Shown: positions 51,662 through 64,000 of the stretch, piece by piece | Layout of the letters: each line of letters begins with the position of its first letter | Numbering within the stretch: the stretch's first letter is position 1 | Source of the DNA: Sarea resinae | Lineage: Eukaryota | NCBI GenBank assembly: GCA_026026165.1 | Contig: JAPEUD010000015.1 | Location: 186,001 to 250,000 of the forward strand | Length of the DNA stretch: 64,000 nucleotides | Direction of reading: 5' to 3' | The notes under the pieces: generated by a model | Databases searched by the model: none | What the model was told of the DNA's origin: nothing | The model's input: only the letters and a program-made list of their open reading frames with translations | Translations under genes and position numbers: made by a program

Positions 51662-53523
51662 TTAGCCGGCAGAGGGTACTCTCCGACTGATCTCGGTACC
51701 ATCAGCGCGTTTATAGCGCATCTTGAGTTGCTCGATTTCGAAAGAGCTGTCGAAATCACCCTCGTCGTAATCTGGCTGGATCCTGTCCTGGCCATGATGA
51801 GCGCTGCTCGGACGCATACCGCTTTGAAGCGGCTGGTCAAAATGAGCAGTACTGAAGACCGAGCCAAAATCCCGCTTACCCGATCGAGTCGGAGCTGCAG
51901 AAGCAGGTGTTGGGTATTGGGCGTAGAAACCAGATTTTTCGTAAGCGGGGCTTGACAATGCTGGGGCGATTATGCCCGGCATCGCATTTGTGGACGGATT
52001 AGACTCATATTTGGCCTCCACCGGCGGCTGTAAAGTTTTCAGAGGAGGTAGAGCGTGAGCATTGGAAGAGATCGTTGGCTGTGGCGGTTTGCTCGCGAGC
52101 GCAGAGGTTGGATACTGCTGTGTATAATTGCGTCCGTTATACCCACCGTCGTCGGCCGCATATAAGCCCACATTGTGGCCAGGATGCGACTGCGTGTTGG
52201 GAGCAGAGGCGCGACGATAATCAGTAAGAGGCTTATACTCATCTTGGCGAGCAGTCGAGGCTTGGGGATATTGAGGTTGAGGAACCTGTTGATTCGGGCT
52301 ATAGCCGTACGCCTGCGGGTTGGACATCTGCCTCAGGTGAGGCGACGGTTGATGTACATAATTCATATGGCCTGACTGGTACGCTTGCTGCGGATGAGAC
52401 ACGGGTTGCGGTGCAGCATACTGTGGCGCTTGATACTGGATTCCAGAAGAATTCCCAAATGCCAGATGGGACGAGTAACCATTCGAAGGAGCCTGAGTAA
52501 CAGGAGCCGGAGCATATGACTGTTGATAATGTTGCGGAGCATAAGGAGACGAATCTTGCAACGTCGGGCGACGCTGAGGCATTCCATACGCTGGTGACCC
52601 GTCCACACTTCCGTTGCTGACCGATCTTGGCCGTTCCCCACCTTCCATCATGGGTGGAGGAGGGTTGTGGACGGACGCCTGCGAGTAATTATCTGGTGTC
52701 ACCGTCCTCCTCTCCCGCACATAAGCATTCTCCTCTTCGTAGTTATCCCACTCCTTCGCTACCTTGCCCTCACGTCTTCGCATGCGGACATCGCGACGGA
52801 TACGGACACGGCATCCTTGTTCTGCGACAATGCGACTGAGAGCAGTGCTCTCTGCGAGACCAGGGAATTTCTTAGCGCTGAAAACCGTAAACGGTGCCGA
52901 CTTGACCTCCAACCTCCAATAAACGTGAGCGTTCGGAGCGATAGGTCCGGGCATCTTATGATTCGAGGCAGCATCTACGTGCTGAACTGGAGAATTCACA
53001 TCGGCATCCTTCGGTTCCTTCACTTCTTCGTATAAATTGAAGCTCAGCCTGTACTTGCCCTCGTGTCGGACCGACAGATCGGGAAAGATGAAATAGCCAG
53101 CTGGGCTTGGGCGATCCAAATACGCAATTCCGGCAACGGGCATTCCCGTCAAAACAGGGAAGGAGGCCGAAGTGACAGGGACACGACCCTGAGCGATCGG
53201 ACGGGCGTTCTCAAGAGTCGCGAAGAGAAAGAAGTTGGCATTGTGAGAGAAAGTAATGTCGTTCATAGCATCACCTTCCAGGATGCGAAGTTCGACGATC
53301 GGAGGCGGGTCAACGGGACGTCTGTCGGCGGATGCTATGAAATGATTAGCTGGTGCTCCCATTAGTTTCGTTTTCTAAACCTACACTTGGCTCCAGAACC
53401 ACATGCTCTGGCACGCGCAGGTTGTTGGATGACGTTCAATTTGTACGTCAGCTTCTTTCCTTCCTTCGTCATCCTCGTGGAGGTGCTCCTCGTCTCGTTG
53501 GCGACCTGTACCAAACTCGCCAT
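51662..53523 (-). CDS. veA: Velvet-domain regulator VeA, about 603 aa, 2 coding exons
   Basis: MASLVQVANET...TKEGKKLTYKLNVIQQPARARACGSGAK|SSADRRPVDPPPIVEL, NANFFLFATLE, YLDRPSPAGYFIFPDLSVRHEG, FSAKKFPGLAEST, AEQGCRVRIRRDVRMRRR and a C-terminal YKRADG. Intron 53335-53384. Confidence 0.97.
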
Positions 53524-56500
53524 GGTGAAGGTGCTTTCGTCGCGATTATTTTTGAAATGGAATATAGCGCGGTCGGATGCGTGCTGACTACCGGCAGCAG
53601 CCGCAATCGCAATTGAGATGGCTTCTGAGAATTAATTCACGATTTGTCGGAACTCGGCGGATTGACTGCGAGAGAGTAGGATCAGTAAAGTCCTCTCTCG
53701 ATGCTCTTCCATCCGTCATCTCGACAACAGAGGAGAGGTGCAGTCAAGTGTATCGAAACTCACAGCAACAGTGGCAGTCGTCGCGAGACCAATTCAAATT
53801 CAAGCGAGACACACGAACGAACGAACCCTTCCTACCGTGGTGGTGGTTGCTGGAAACAATCAGTCAGACATTGGAGCCTCTAAATACCAATGGATGCAAA
53901 CGAATGGGACGGGCTGACTCGTCCTAGCCTGGACCAAGAACTCGGGACAGCTTCCTTCGCCAAGTTCGAGGTGCAGATGGCGCAGGAGGGGCAAACGAAC
54001 GAATGGGACGGCAGTTGCAGCTTACGGTGATTATGCGAGAAGAGAAGAATAGCGATCGTCGAAGATGGGAAATAGTATGTGGGATATCGAAAGAGAAAGA
54101 TGATATCGAGTGAAAGTGTCGCTCGAGGCGCCGACTCCTGGAACAGAGGAAGGATGCGGGCGGGTTTCGTGAGGGATTGGGCCAGGCGCGTGGATGTCTC
54201 GCTTTCCTTTGGCCTTGTGCTCGGTGGTAGGCTGAGATCACGTCTGCGACGTTCAACGGGCGCCCTTTCCTAAACCGTGGTTGCCTCTGCTTGACTCTTC
54301 AATCTTCCGTCCACAAGGCAACCTGCAGTCCTCAACGCTCTTTCTCCTCTCTTCTCCTTGAAGACTTTCTGATCGTTGTTGTTGTCGTCTTTGGTTGTCG
54401 TCTTGAACAGACGGACGTCGATATGATCAGAGTCGCATGGGAGAGAGCCGGTCAGAAGAGTGCGAGCACGGCAGTACTTAGTCGAACGGGAAGCAGGAGA
54501 TCCACTACTGTAGTTCCTAGCGGGTAGGGGGGGCGGGGGGGGAGGGGGGAGGGGGGAGGGGGAGGGATGAAGGATCAAGAATAGCGCATGGGGCATTTTG
54601 GGATGGCATGGGGGGGGCAAGTCGCATGGGGCATGGAAGATGGGAAGATGGGAGGATGCTTGATCCTGAGCATCCTGAGCAGCTGGAAGAGCGCGAACAG
54701 GCACCTACAGTAGTACTCCGTAGGTACAGGTGGTACTCGAGTGCCACTCGAGTAGAATACTTCGTACTCCGTACAGCGTATATGATAATAGAGAGTACTA
54801 TGGTATGGCTGTACACCCAGGACACACAGACACCGTTTTCATTATTGCCTACATAGTAGGTACCTACCTACCTCACCCTTCATATCATTCTCACGGTGAC
54901 CCGAACGCCCTTCTCCACTGCGACTCCCGGATGATAGCTGCTCATGACGGTGAACATTACTCTACATATTGATTCCCAGCGGTAGCCAGTGAGAGAGACT
55001 AGTTTCACACCGCGGGGCTCGATTCAAAGCCCAGGCGAGTCGATACACACTAGCACGCTCCATCTCGCGCCTCTCGTTCGTAAACAATCATAGGACGAGC
55101 AAGATACCTGTGGTCGCACCCTTCATAACCGTCGAACGGATGTACATCATCCCGCTGTGGCACCCTTCTCCTTCTCTTTCTCTCTTCCTGCCTACTCTGA
55201 CATCCACTCGGGATCCTGTGGTGTGTGTACTCCGTAAAGTCCTCTGAAGTACTCGGAGTACGCAGCATGTAGGTGGCTGCAGGGGGTCAGGGAGGTTCCC
55301 TTTTAGCCCCAGAGTTGAGATAACTTGCCTGCCTTAGTTCCCCACCTAGTGAGCACCCAAGGGGAAGGGGGTGGGATGGAGTCGGGTGGGACCCGTCACA
55401 TCTTTCCTTAAGTCGCAGCAGGCCCACATACCAACAGCTCACTCTTGAGCAATCCATGGATCACTACGCTCGCTTCCCTTCCATCTTTGGCGAACGGGCC
55501 TTGACCTTGACACACTCGCAGCGTACTGAAGTACATCCACCCCAGAATTAGGATCGTGGGAGACTTAATTTGGCCTAAATGTCCAGCCCGGCCACTCCGA
55601 GGCAGTTATGTGACTAGAGTACTCCGAGTACACGGGACCAAGCAGAGCAAAGGCAGGGACGTTCGGTACCGGTCCCAAGCGGTTCTGTGTTATGACGTTT
55701 CCGGCATTGCCCTGAGCCTTGCCTTTCTCCTGGCCCTGGTCATCCTAAGCTGTTCCTACAGTACTGAAGTACTACTCATAGTACTACATACGGTACTCTT
55801 ACGGTATCCAATCTCACTCCGAAGGATAACTATCACCACACTACCTACCTCAGGTCGGGTGCTGTACTTCGTACTTGCATAATCCCACATGCAACAAGAT
55901 TCCAGGATGAATCCATACTACTCTACTACAGCTGCAGCGTTCATCTGCACGCTGCAGGTGGATTCTGTGCTCATCGGGCGCTGCCTCTTTAGGGTACTCG
56001 GTACTTTCGCTCGCGATTGCCTGCTACTCTGAGAATAGTAAAGATCTGCATAGTTCGGATTCTTTGACATGTTCGCGCCATACACCGGGCTGACGAAATG
56101 AGAATAAGAACGCTGCCCAGCACAGCCAATTCAGCCGCCATCTTCTTCCGGGCACGGCGATGACACCTGGAGATTATAACCTACTACTTCCCTTTTGTAC
56201 CCAGCTCAATCAAGTCCAGTAATTAAGAGTGACAATCGTCTGCAGAATCGTTGTAATCCATTCTAAAGGCGATTCCATTGCGTCTCGCATAAGCCAGCTC
56301 ATGGTGCCTGCTATCCTTCTGGTATCCTTTGTGCACGGATGATCCAAAGCAAGCCGCTGTCCCACGTACCATTCCTGATCTGTGCACATATCCTCTGCGA
56401 GCACAGATCACAGCAGCGAGTCTCCGACGATCGACGCATGGTGCGAAGTCCAGGAGTGGTGTCCGTACAAGTTGGGCAACTCGACACCGCCACGGTCGCA

Positions 56501-59500
56501 CAATGGGCGCAGAGCAAGACTCAGAGGGGGTTACTATTGCCGTCGTGGGCGAACCTTGAAGGAGTAATACTCCGTACATATGGCGGGAACCGAGCAAGGC
56601 ACACTGTCGTATCCGATCGGCATCTTCTTCAGACAGCTGTCCCAGATCGAGAATGAGAGGTGCCAGAGATGACTGTAACCCAGTGTATGGGATTCCTGAC
56701 CCTCTGAGACCGTTACGTCGTCAATTCCCCTCAGTTCGGGCCTTTAATTGGCGGTAACATGGCGGTCATCGCGGCCATGGCAGGCCATGGCGGGCCATGT
56801 CTACCCTGCATTGAGATTACCCTTTGTAACAGATTTGACTTTCGCTTCCATAGTGTTATGAGTAGGCTCTCGAGATACCTTCCGTACCATCGATACCTAC
56901 CTACCGTAGACGGTAAGGTGAGCCAGGTCGGTAAGATGCACAAGGTTAACACCTTCACTATCGCTTGGGCGTCTCCGCGCCGGCTACTTGGGGCCGGCCA
57001 ACTTCCCGCCTCCCGTCCCATGATTAGCCCCCTGCTGGTTTGTTGCTTCTCCCGCATGATGCATTCTAGCGTGTGCAACCGAATGCGTCTTGGGCGTCTC
57101 CTTCGGGATCCTTGCGGATTAAGACTGTACTGATACCCTCTTAGGTCTCACGATGCCGAGGGCTTTATCCCCTCTCAGCTCACTATTGCGTCGATCATCT
57201 TCCCCATCAACGATGAAGAAGAAGACGAAGAAGAAGACGACGAAGAATCACCATAGAAGGACTCTTTACTCGTTTTGACTGAGACCACAATCATGTATTG
57301 ACTATCCACCTCGACGTAGAAAGGTAAGGATGAGAATAATGTCCAAATGCTGAATTGGGCTAACCCTGGTCTGGGATCGAGATGTGTTTGACTCCTTCGC
57401 AGCACAGCAGCCCATTCTAAGCTGGCCTGGATGCGACTCACTCACGCGGCATCCGCAGCGAAAAGCCCATTTGGTCTTAGTGAGAACAAGCTCAAGGAGG
57501 TAGCTTTACGTTGTTTGTGGGCGAAGGATCATTACGGAGTACTTGCGAAGTAGTACCAGCCTCAACCGACGATCGGTCCGAAACGCACGACCCATTTGGC
57601 TCCCGCCCCCTCGGGCTCGGTGTCAGAGCCTCCCTTAAGTCCGCCAGAACGCTACGGAGTAGAACGCTAGAACGCCTCTCGTACCATAATATCCTATCTG
57701 GTGTGGTCGCCGCTTGGGCATGATGGAGTCGGTCGCAGAACGCGCAGAATCTGCATACTATGTACTCCGGGTAGAGTGCCATCGTGGGTACGGATCGTGT
57801 CAAGTAGACTTACCCAATGCGAATCTTGGACATGGGAAATAAGTCTAAATCCCAAACTCCCGAGGGCCAGGCGCAAGAGATATGCGTCGGTGCTGCAACC
57901 GCTGGCGGGGACACACGTCGATTGGCTCGTATGTCGACAAGCTGTCTGACCTGGCTGAAATGAAAAAGGCGAGTTCTGGCGCAGTCGACATCTCATTGGA
58001 AGGTCAGCCCTTTCCTTGCTCTCCCAGAACTAGGGGCTAGAGATCCCACCCCCAGCTGGAATCCATACGCAGTAGCCTCCTTAAGGCGTTGGCTGGGTTC
58101 GGGGTGTAAGCGAATTTCCCTGGGAGAGTTCATGAGGTGTGGATACGACAAAGGCATTTGAGGTCGACCACTTTGATTCGTCCGCTGCCGGTCGTCTCAA
58201 ATTCCATCAGTCAGGCCTATCAGCGGTCTAAGAAATTGATATTTCTCGATGCGCGATGTCATGCAGAATATCCCGTACTACTGTAGTACCCACACCTCAT
58301 AACGGGAGATGCTTGGCTAGCGATCAACAGCCTAAATCCCAAGTCTCCCGCGTAACTGCATCAAATCGACGAGAACATCTCTTCAGAATGCGTAGTGGGG
58401 GGTTTCAGATCTCGAGAACCTTTCACTATCGGTAGTCATGCGTAGCAAAGTAAGATGAGAGGCCTCGCTTCTCTAATCATTGGCGATAAGTCATCTCAGT
58501 CATGCGCAGCCTCTACGTGCGATTTCTGTCTACCTATCTAGGACTCCAAGACGGGATAAGCACTGGCCAAGGACGTCCAATCATAGCGGCCATAGTCCAG
58601 ATTTTCCCCGCAATGAAGGCAGCAGCATGCCAGTGCGAAGTGGCGTCCACCCAGATCCTCTCCACTGGCTTTCTGGCTCTGGTACCCTGGCTCAGCGACA
58701 GCACGGATAGGCCATTCGTTCATATCGCTCCAAGAGAGTCATTTGGTCTCAACGTGGGCAGGGACTCCGACTCGCCGTTGCTGGGACGAAGCCATCCTTG
58801 ATCTCTGTCACTGTCGGAAGAGGCTTCGGGCCAAACATTTCACATGCGAGACACTCTGTCTGGTCTCACTTTGGACAAATGTGACTTTCTCCTTACAGCA
58901 TTGAGGCGTCTGCTAGGCTTTTACGACCTGGGGTATCCGAGCAACCGACCGGTGGAGTGGTCAACATGAGGACAGCATGTTGGAGGTTTCTCGACTCTAC
59001 CGGGCATCCAGTGATATCTCGAAGTGGCAACTACTCGAATGACGCTCGGCCTTCCACTTAGGTGGGGTTGTTGCACTCATAGTATTAGTCTTAATCATGT
59101 GTCTACCTGGCCAGTCTGTGGAGATGCATTTGACGTGGGTTCAACAAGGCAACCTAATCTAATTCGCCTCTTGCTGAATAAGAGGCCAGTGGCGGGTTGT
59201 CAGGCGAACGGAATGAAATGAAAGACTCAAGAAGGGCAAAGTCGGGGCCTACTCCAGGGTTGAGGAGAGACCTCTTAAGTGATCTAATTTTTTTCTATAT
59301 CGACTTGTATATGTGCATGGTTTTCCTAACTATTACAACTTTGACTCATCATAAGAAATATCTTCGATCAAGGTTTCCTACACGGTTTTGGCAATTGAGC
59401 CCATGGGCAAAAGTCCTGTTAGAAGCCCTCCAATATTTTGTGTGCACCTTCAAATGAAATATTCGAGCAAGTTCGCTTTTGAGCAATAGCTTGAGGCCCT

Positions 59501-59939
59501 TTTATTCTTCAGTGATATCTTAGTCCACGTGAAACGTCATGTACGCTGGTGTCTGATTTAACTGAGATCCTAGAGATACTGATTTCCTGGATTCCACCCA
59601 CAGTAGAGAACTGCTTTTACCGTAAACAATAAAAGTTTAATGGAACGGTGCAGCTGTCTGGCGGATTCGCGCATCGCATGGTCGGAGAATTGTTGATCAC
59701 CCCCGTCGCTTATTTCGCCTTATGAGGCAACTTGCAAGGCGGGAGTAGGCAATTGTACGAGCTACCTCTGCCTGGACCAAGGCCACATTTCCGCAACACT
59801 CGCTGATAGTTGACCGAATACTGCCCTCTCCATCTAAACGAGTATATAGGAGTGTCCTGGGCTTGGCGGAATGAGATAGAGGCTTCAGTATTGAAGGCAG
59901 ATGACTGGTCCTTCGGAGGCAGTTCGATGCTATTCCGCC
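53524..59939. promoter_or_regulatory. 6.4-kb divergent intergenic region: veA 5' UTR/promoter and TRS130 promoter
   Basis: No credible ORF. G-tract at 54522-54566 and clustered TACTCCGTA/GTAC motifs. Confidence 0.65.
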
Positions 59940-62900
59940 ATGGATCCATCCTCCTCGAGCTCCAAAGTGACAGGTGCGCAGCCCACAGCTTAACGCAGCT
60001 ATAGCTTGTCGGCGCACTTTACTGACCGTATCTCCATTAGTCGAATATTTTGACCCGTCAGGAGTATTACCGGTACTATCTCCCGGGCTATCTTCAAGGC
60101 TACCGCTCCGAAACCTGCATTGGAAATCGCCGTCGAGACCTCTTCGCTCAATTGGTTCTTTACATGTCGACTTCGTCCCCCATGACCAATCTGAGGACTC
60201 TCAATCACAACCTCCAGCTCTCTTGCGGGCACAGTCTTTGGGAGCTGATGGACGCCCCCCCACAGCTGATGCTGGAGCGTCTCGGGGAGGACAAAGTCTT
60301 GGCGAGCAAAGGCCGCCCACAGGTTCAAGAGCACCGTCTCGAGTCAGAGAAAGGAGGCATCAGATACCTGGACTTCGGCAAACACCGTATCTCAAAGTTT
60401 ATCTCTTAAGATGCGACGATAATGAGAGCTATAAGGGTACATCTAGAAAACTTCTGCGAGATTGGATCAAGGAGCATACAACCCCGCCGCAAGGCACGGG
60501 CACCGTCAATGCGCAAGAAAGCCATGACGCGTTTGAATGGCTCATTGTCCATGTTGTCTTGCCAGATACGCCTGCTGCAAGCCAACCGCGGTCAACCGGC
60601 TCATCTGGCGGCAGCAGCGGAGCTGAAAAGCTCACAAGTACTTCCCGCTGGCCTGGGCGTGGCTCCACAACTATACTAGACAAGATCCGAGCCGACTTCA
60701 ACGGTACGTCGAAGTCGGCAAAGGACAGAGTCGCGCAGATCCGAATTCCCAAGAATGAGGTCCCCCCGGAGCAGCTGTCTCGGCCCTCTTCGTCAGCTTC
60801 TGTGACGCCCCCGGTCACCGAAAGCCCACAGGAGCAGGAAAGCGCCTGGGCTGATCTAATATTCAAGTTGAAATCTTTGATTCTCACTTCTTTTGATCAG
60901 CGAGTCAGTCAGTACGAGGAAGATATCCGTGAAAAGGATTCTCAAAGGAGTCTTCCAGGATGGAACTTTTGTACTTTCTTTGTGCTCAAGGAAGGCTTGG
61001 CTCGCGGTTTCGAGAGCGTAGGGCTTGTTGAAGATGCTCTACTCATATACGACGAATTGTCAGTGGGTCTGGACAGTATAGTTCGAGATCAAGCTACCGA
61101 AATTTCTAATGGACTTGGTGGTCCATTTCTTTCTTATACCGAAGATTTGTATCGTCAGATTCAGCACTTCCTTAGCGTTTCAAAAGGGTCTGAAGGGGTC
61201 ACGAACGAAGGCGAGGCCATGCCTTCAGAAGATATTTATCAGACGCATGTCCTGGATCCCACCAAGAAGAATTATCGGGATCTGATCTTGTCAAACAACA
61301 TCTCGATATTCGACTTTCGATGTTATCTTTTTGCAAGGCAGAAGTCTCTTCTTCTTCGTCTTGGAAATGCATGGTCTCCTAGGTCTGAGTTCATGACCAA
61401 AGTGAGGACTCACCCCGCAGCTGCCCAGAGCGAGTACACTTTCCACGATGAACCTCACAGAGAAACAGACACAAATGCAGGAGATGGCTCTGAAGACCTT
61501 AATACTCTTGCTGAGGTTTGTAAGCGTGCTACAGATTTCATCACAACTGTGGCAAACATTATGCGGAAAGACTTACGCAACAGCCTGTATCAAGCTGTTT
61601 CTGCAGACTCGAAACAAATCAGTGAGAGAGACTCGAAGCGAAAAGCACAAATTAATATGATCATTGAGAATATGGTATCATCGTGGATCTTTTCATGCAG
61701 CCAGCAGATTTTAGATGAAACATCGGCAAAATCTCTCCCCGTCCCACCATCTCCATTGACCGGAATGAGTTTATCGTCGGCGAAGATGACACCGCTTGGT
61801 AGTCTCAAAGCTGCAGCTGACTCTAAATCCAACCTTTATCCTGCTCGACGAAGTTCACTACCCGCACGAAGCGCTTCTGAACCTCACGGCCTGAAGACTT
61901 TCCCATCGGCCCATAGAGATGCTCGAAATGGTCTACCAGAGTCACGGTCCGGGCAGTTACCTAAGGCTGGTTCAGACGAACTTGCTGCAAACCGTGCAGA
62001 GCTATATGTTCTAGGCCGCGGTATTCTTATACGTCTCGCCAAGAAAAGTGGTTGGTCTGTTGGATGGGAGAGTCTAGGAGATGGATATGCCGAGAAGGGT
62101 GCGAACTTCGAGGAAGTCAATCTCGAGGGGACCGATACTCCCGTCCCAGAAAAATCTCGGGATGCCGTTCCCACGGAATACACTCATAGAGGGGTACTGG
62201 ACAAGACACTCGGCGCCGCACTTTCTGGGCGGGACGACTTTTTTGCGCTTTACGAAGTGAGGACCCTTGTACTCAGATTGAATCTAATACTGATGAGTGT
62301 TTTAAGGTCCTCACCGATATGGCTCTGAGACATTACACTGTAGCTGATCGGAGTAAATCCATCGAACAGCTTCTAGCCGATATGGCTGTTCATAAGTTGT
62401 GAGATGTGCGGCCCCTCTTCTGCAACTAGACTAATTCTCTTTAGCTCTCTAGGAGACTATGCAAGTGCTGCAGCGTACTTTCATCGACTGGCTTCTGCAT
62501 ACGCTGAGAGTCGATGGAATCTACTTGAGACATCTATGCTGAAGATGTACGCAAAGTGCCTCAAGCATCTGCATCGAAAAGACGAATATGTCCGTGTGGT
62601 TTTGAAACTACTCGCTAAAGCTGCTTCCAGAGAGAAGAGAGAGATAACTCGTAGAGGAAGTTTGTATAAAGGAGCCCACCAAGACAATAACATGGACGAC
62701 TGGCTGGACGACGATGCCATCGATATCGAAGGGTACCTGGAGGATATTACTATCCACGCTCGGGAGCTACCGTACGAGATATCTGCCCCAATGGAGCAAT
62801 ATTTTGCGCATATCAATGTATCCCAATACCCTCAGCATTACGAAGACCATGACGGTTTTCAATTACAGCTCGAGTTCCGACACATTTTGAGAGTGACCCT

Positions 62901-64000
62901 CGAGATTACTAGCGCAAGAGTGAGGCTTGTTAGCGCAACAGGGTCCCAGAGCCAAGAGATATGGCTTGAAAGTGAAAAAGAGACGATTGCAGCACCCGGG
63001 CTGGTGAAATTGCTAATTGGTGCAAATGTGAGTATCTTGATCTCCTTGTACAACATATGCTGACCGTCACAGGTCACGACTCTGGGAAATTACACTGTCG
63101 ATAAGATTGTTCTGCAATCTCACAATCTCACGTTCGTCTACGAGGCTCCCTCGAAATCTCCAAGCTCAACACCGATAAATATCTCGGGTTCCACATCTGC
63201 TGCTCTTGTCGGTCTGGCGAAGAGAACTCGCATCTTACTGTATCCTCGGCCAAGCGCCCTCGAAGTCAGGGTAACGCCCTCTAAGACACTTCACATTGAC
63301 AAGCAGAAACCGATAGAGGTTGAAGTATCAGCCGGCTGGAACACAGTCATCTCTGCGGAACTTCGCATACGATCTGCTTCCGCCGGGTTGAGACTTCGAA
63401 CGGCTGATACGTTCCTGCTGCATGATGGCGGTCCTCGCATCACCGACAAGTTGCAAGCTGGCCTCGTCAGCTTTGGAGAACTTCGTGCTGGGCAAACCAT
63501 GAGGATGACGATTCCGTACGACCTGGAGAATGATCTCAACGAGCTATCATTCAAGATAGAGGTTATTTATACCACCGAGAAGGGCAGGTTCGTCTACCTT
63601 TGCAATCCCACTGTTTCGATCATTCTTCCCCTTGGTGTCAGCGTCCAGGACGTGTTCAAAAGTAGCGCGCTCTTCTCCCGATTTACGATCAGCGCTGGTG
63701 CCATCATTCCTCTCCAGATCCTGGAAACAGAGCTGAAAGGCTCGGAAAGCTATTCTGTCACCTGCGGACTTCCCGTACCATCTACATCACTGGTGTTCCC
63801 CAAGCAGGCCCTTTCACTTGTGTACAAAATTACAAGGAAACAGAATACGAAGCATTCTACATCTCCCACGGCGTTGGCACTAGCAATCGACTACAGCTGC
63901 TTGGACGAAGACGCTCTTCTCTCAGTAGAGAACAATTTCACAATGGCCGTTCAAGATAGTCCTTTTATAGATTTGTCACGTCTCCTCTCGACATCGCTGC
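59940..64000 (+). CDS. TRS130: TRAPP II complex subunit Trs130 (TRAPPC10/TMEM1 family), 3' end beyond the window
   Basis: MDPSSSSSKVT|VEYFDPSGV, LPLRNLHWKS, ERRHQIPGLRQTPYLKVY, HDAFEWLIVHVV, QRSLPGWNFCTFFVLKEGLARGFESVGLVEDAL, ISIFDFRCYLFARQ, LPLGVSVQDVFK. First intron 59974-60040, with three more downstream. Confidence 0.92.

Noticed and set aside
58100..58125. RNase P RNA-like GGGAAATTCG on the minus strand
   Set aside because: It diverges immediately after the motif, and no complementary P4 3' strand lies at a plausible distance.
1..64000. CRISPR arrays, rRNA, telomerase RNA template, prokaryotic systems
   Set aside because: Fungal nuclear DNA; the tandem repeats are short microsatellites without spacers, and I saw no rRNA or TAACCCTAA template match.

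Overview
Eukaryotic DNA from a filamentous ascomycete (Pezizomycotina-type gene content; short GT-AG introns with CTRAC/CTAAT-like branch sites). About 1-7.5 kb is degenerate sequence with RIP-like damage: stop-riddled ORF relics and a decayed DUF3716-like gene. The rest is ordinary core genome. It holds a GPI-anchored GH13 alpha-amylase transcribed divergently from an alpha-1,3-glucan synthase (ags), SPT16, a divergent mitochondrial-carrier-like gene, an F-box/LRR-like gene, a cyclase-family hydrolase, a DHA1-type MFS transporter, an orphan secreted Ser/Gly/Thr-rich protein, a conserved hypothetical protein, the velvet regulator veA, and the 5' part of TRS130. Exon structures were built by hand; the spliced ags, carrier, cyclase, MFS and veA models all have lengths divisible by three. 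I found no convincing novel multi-gene system. The best leads are a GC-AG intron in ags, a 7-nt micro-exon, a probable veA 5'-UTR intron carrying three uATGs, an enriched intergenic TACTCCGTA motif, the Kex2-type secreted orphan, and unusual conserved-region residues in the amylase.
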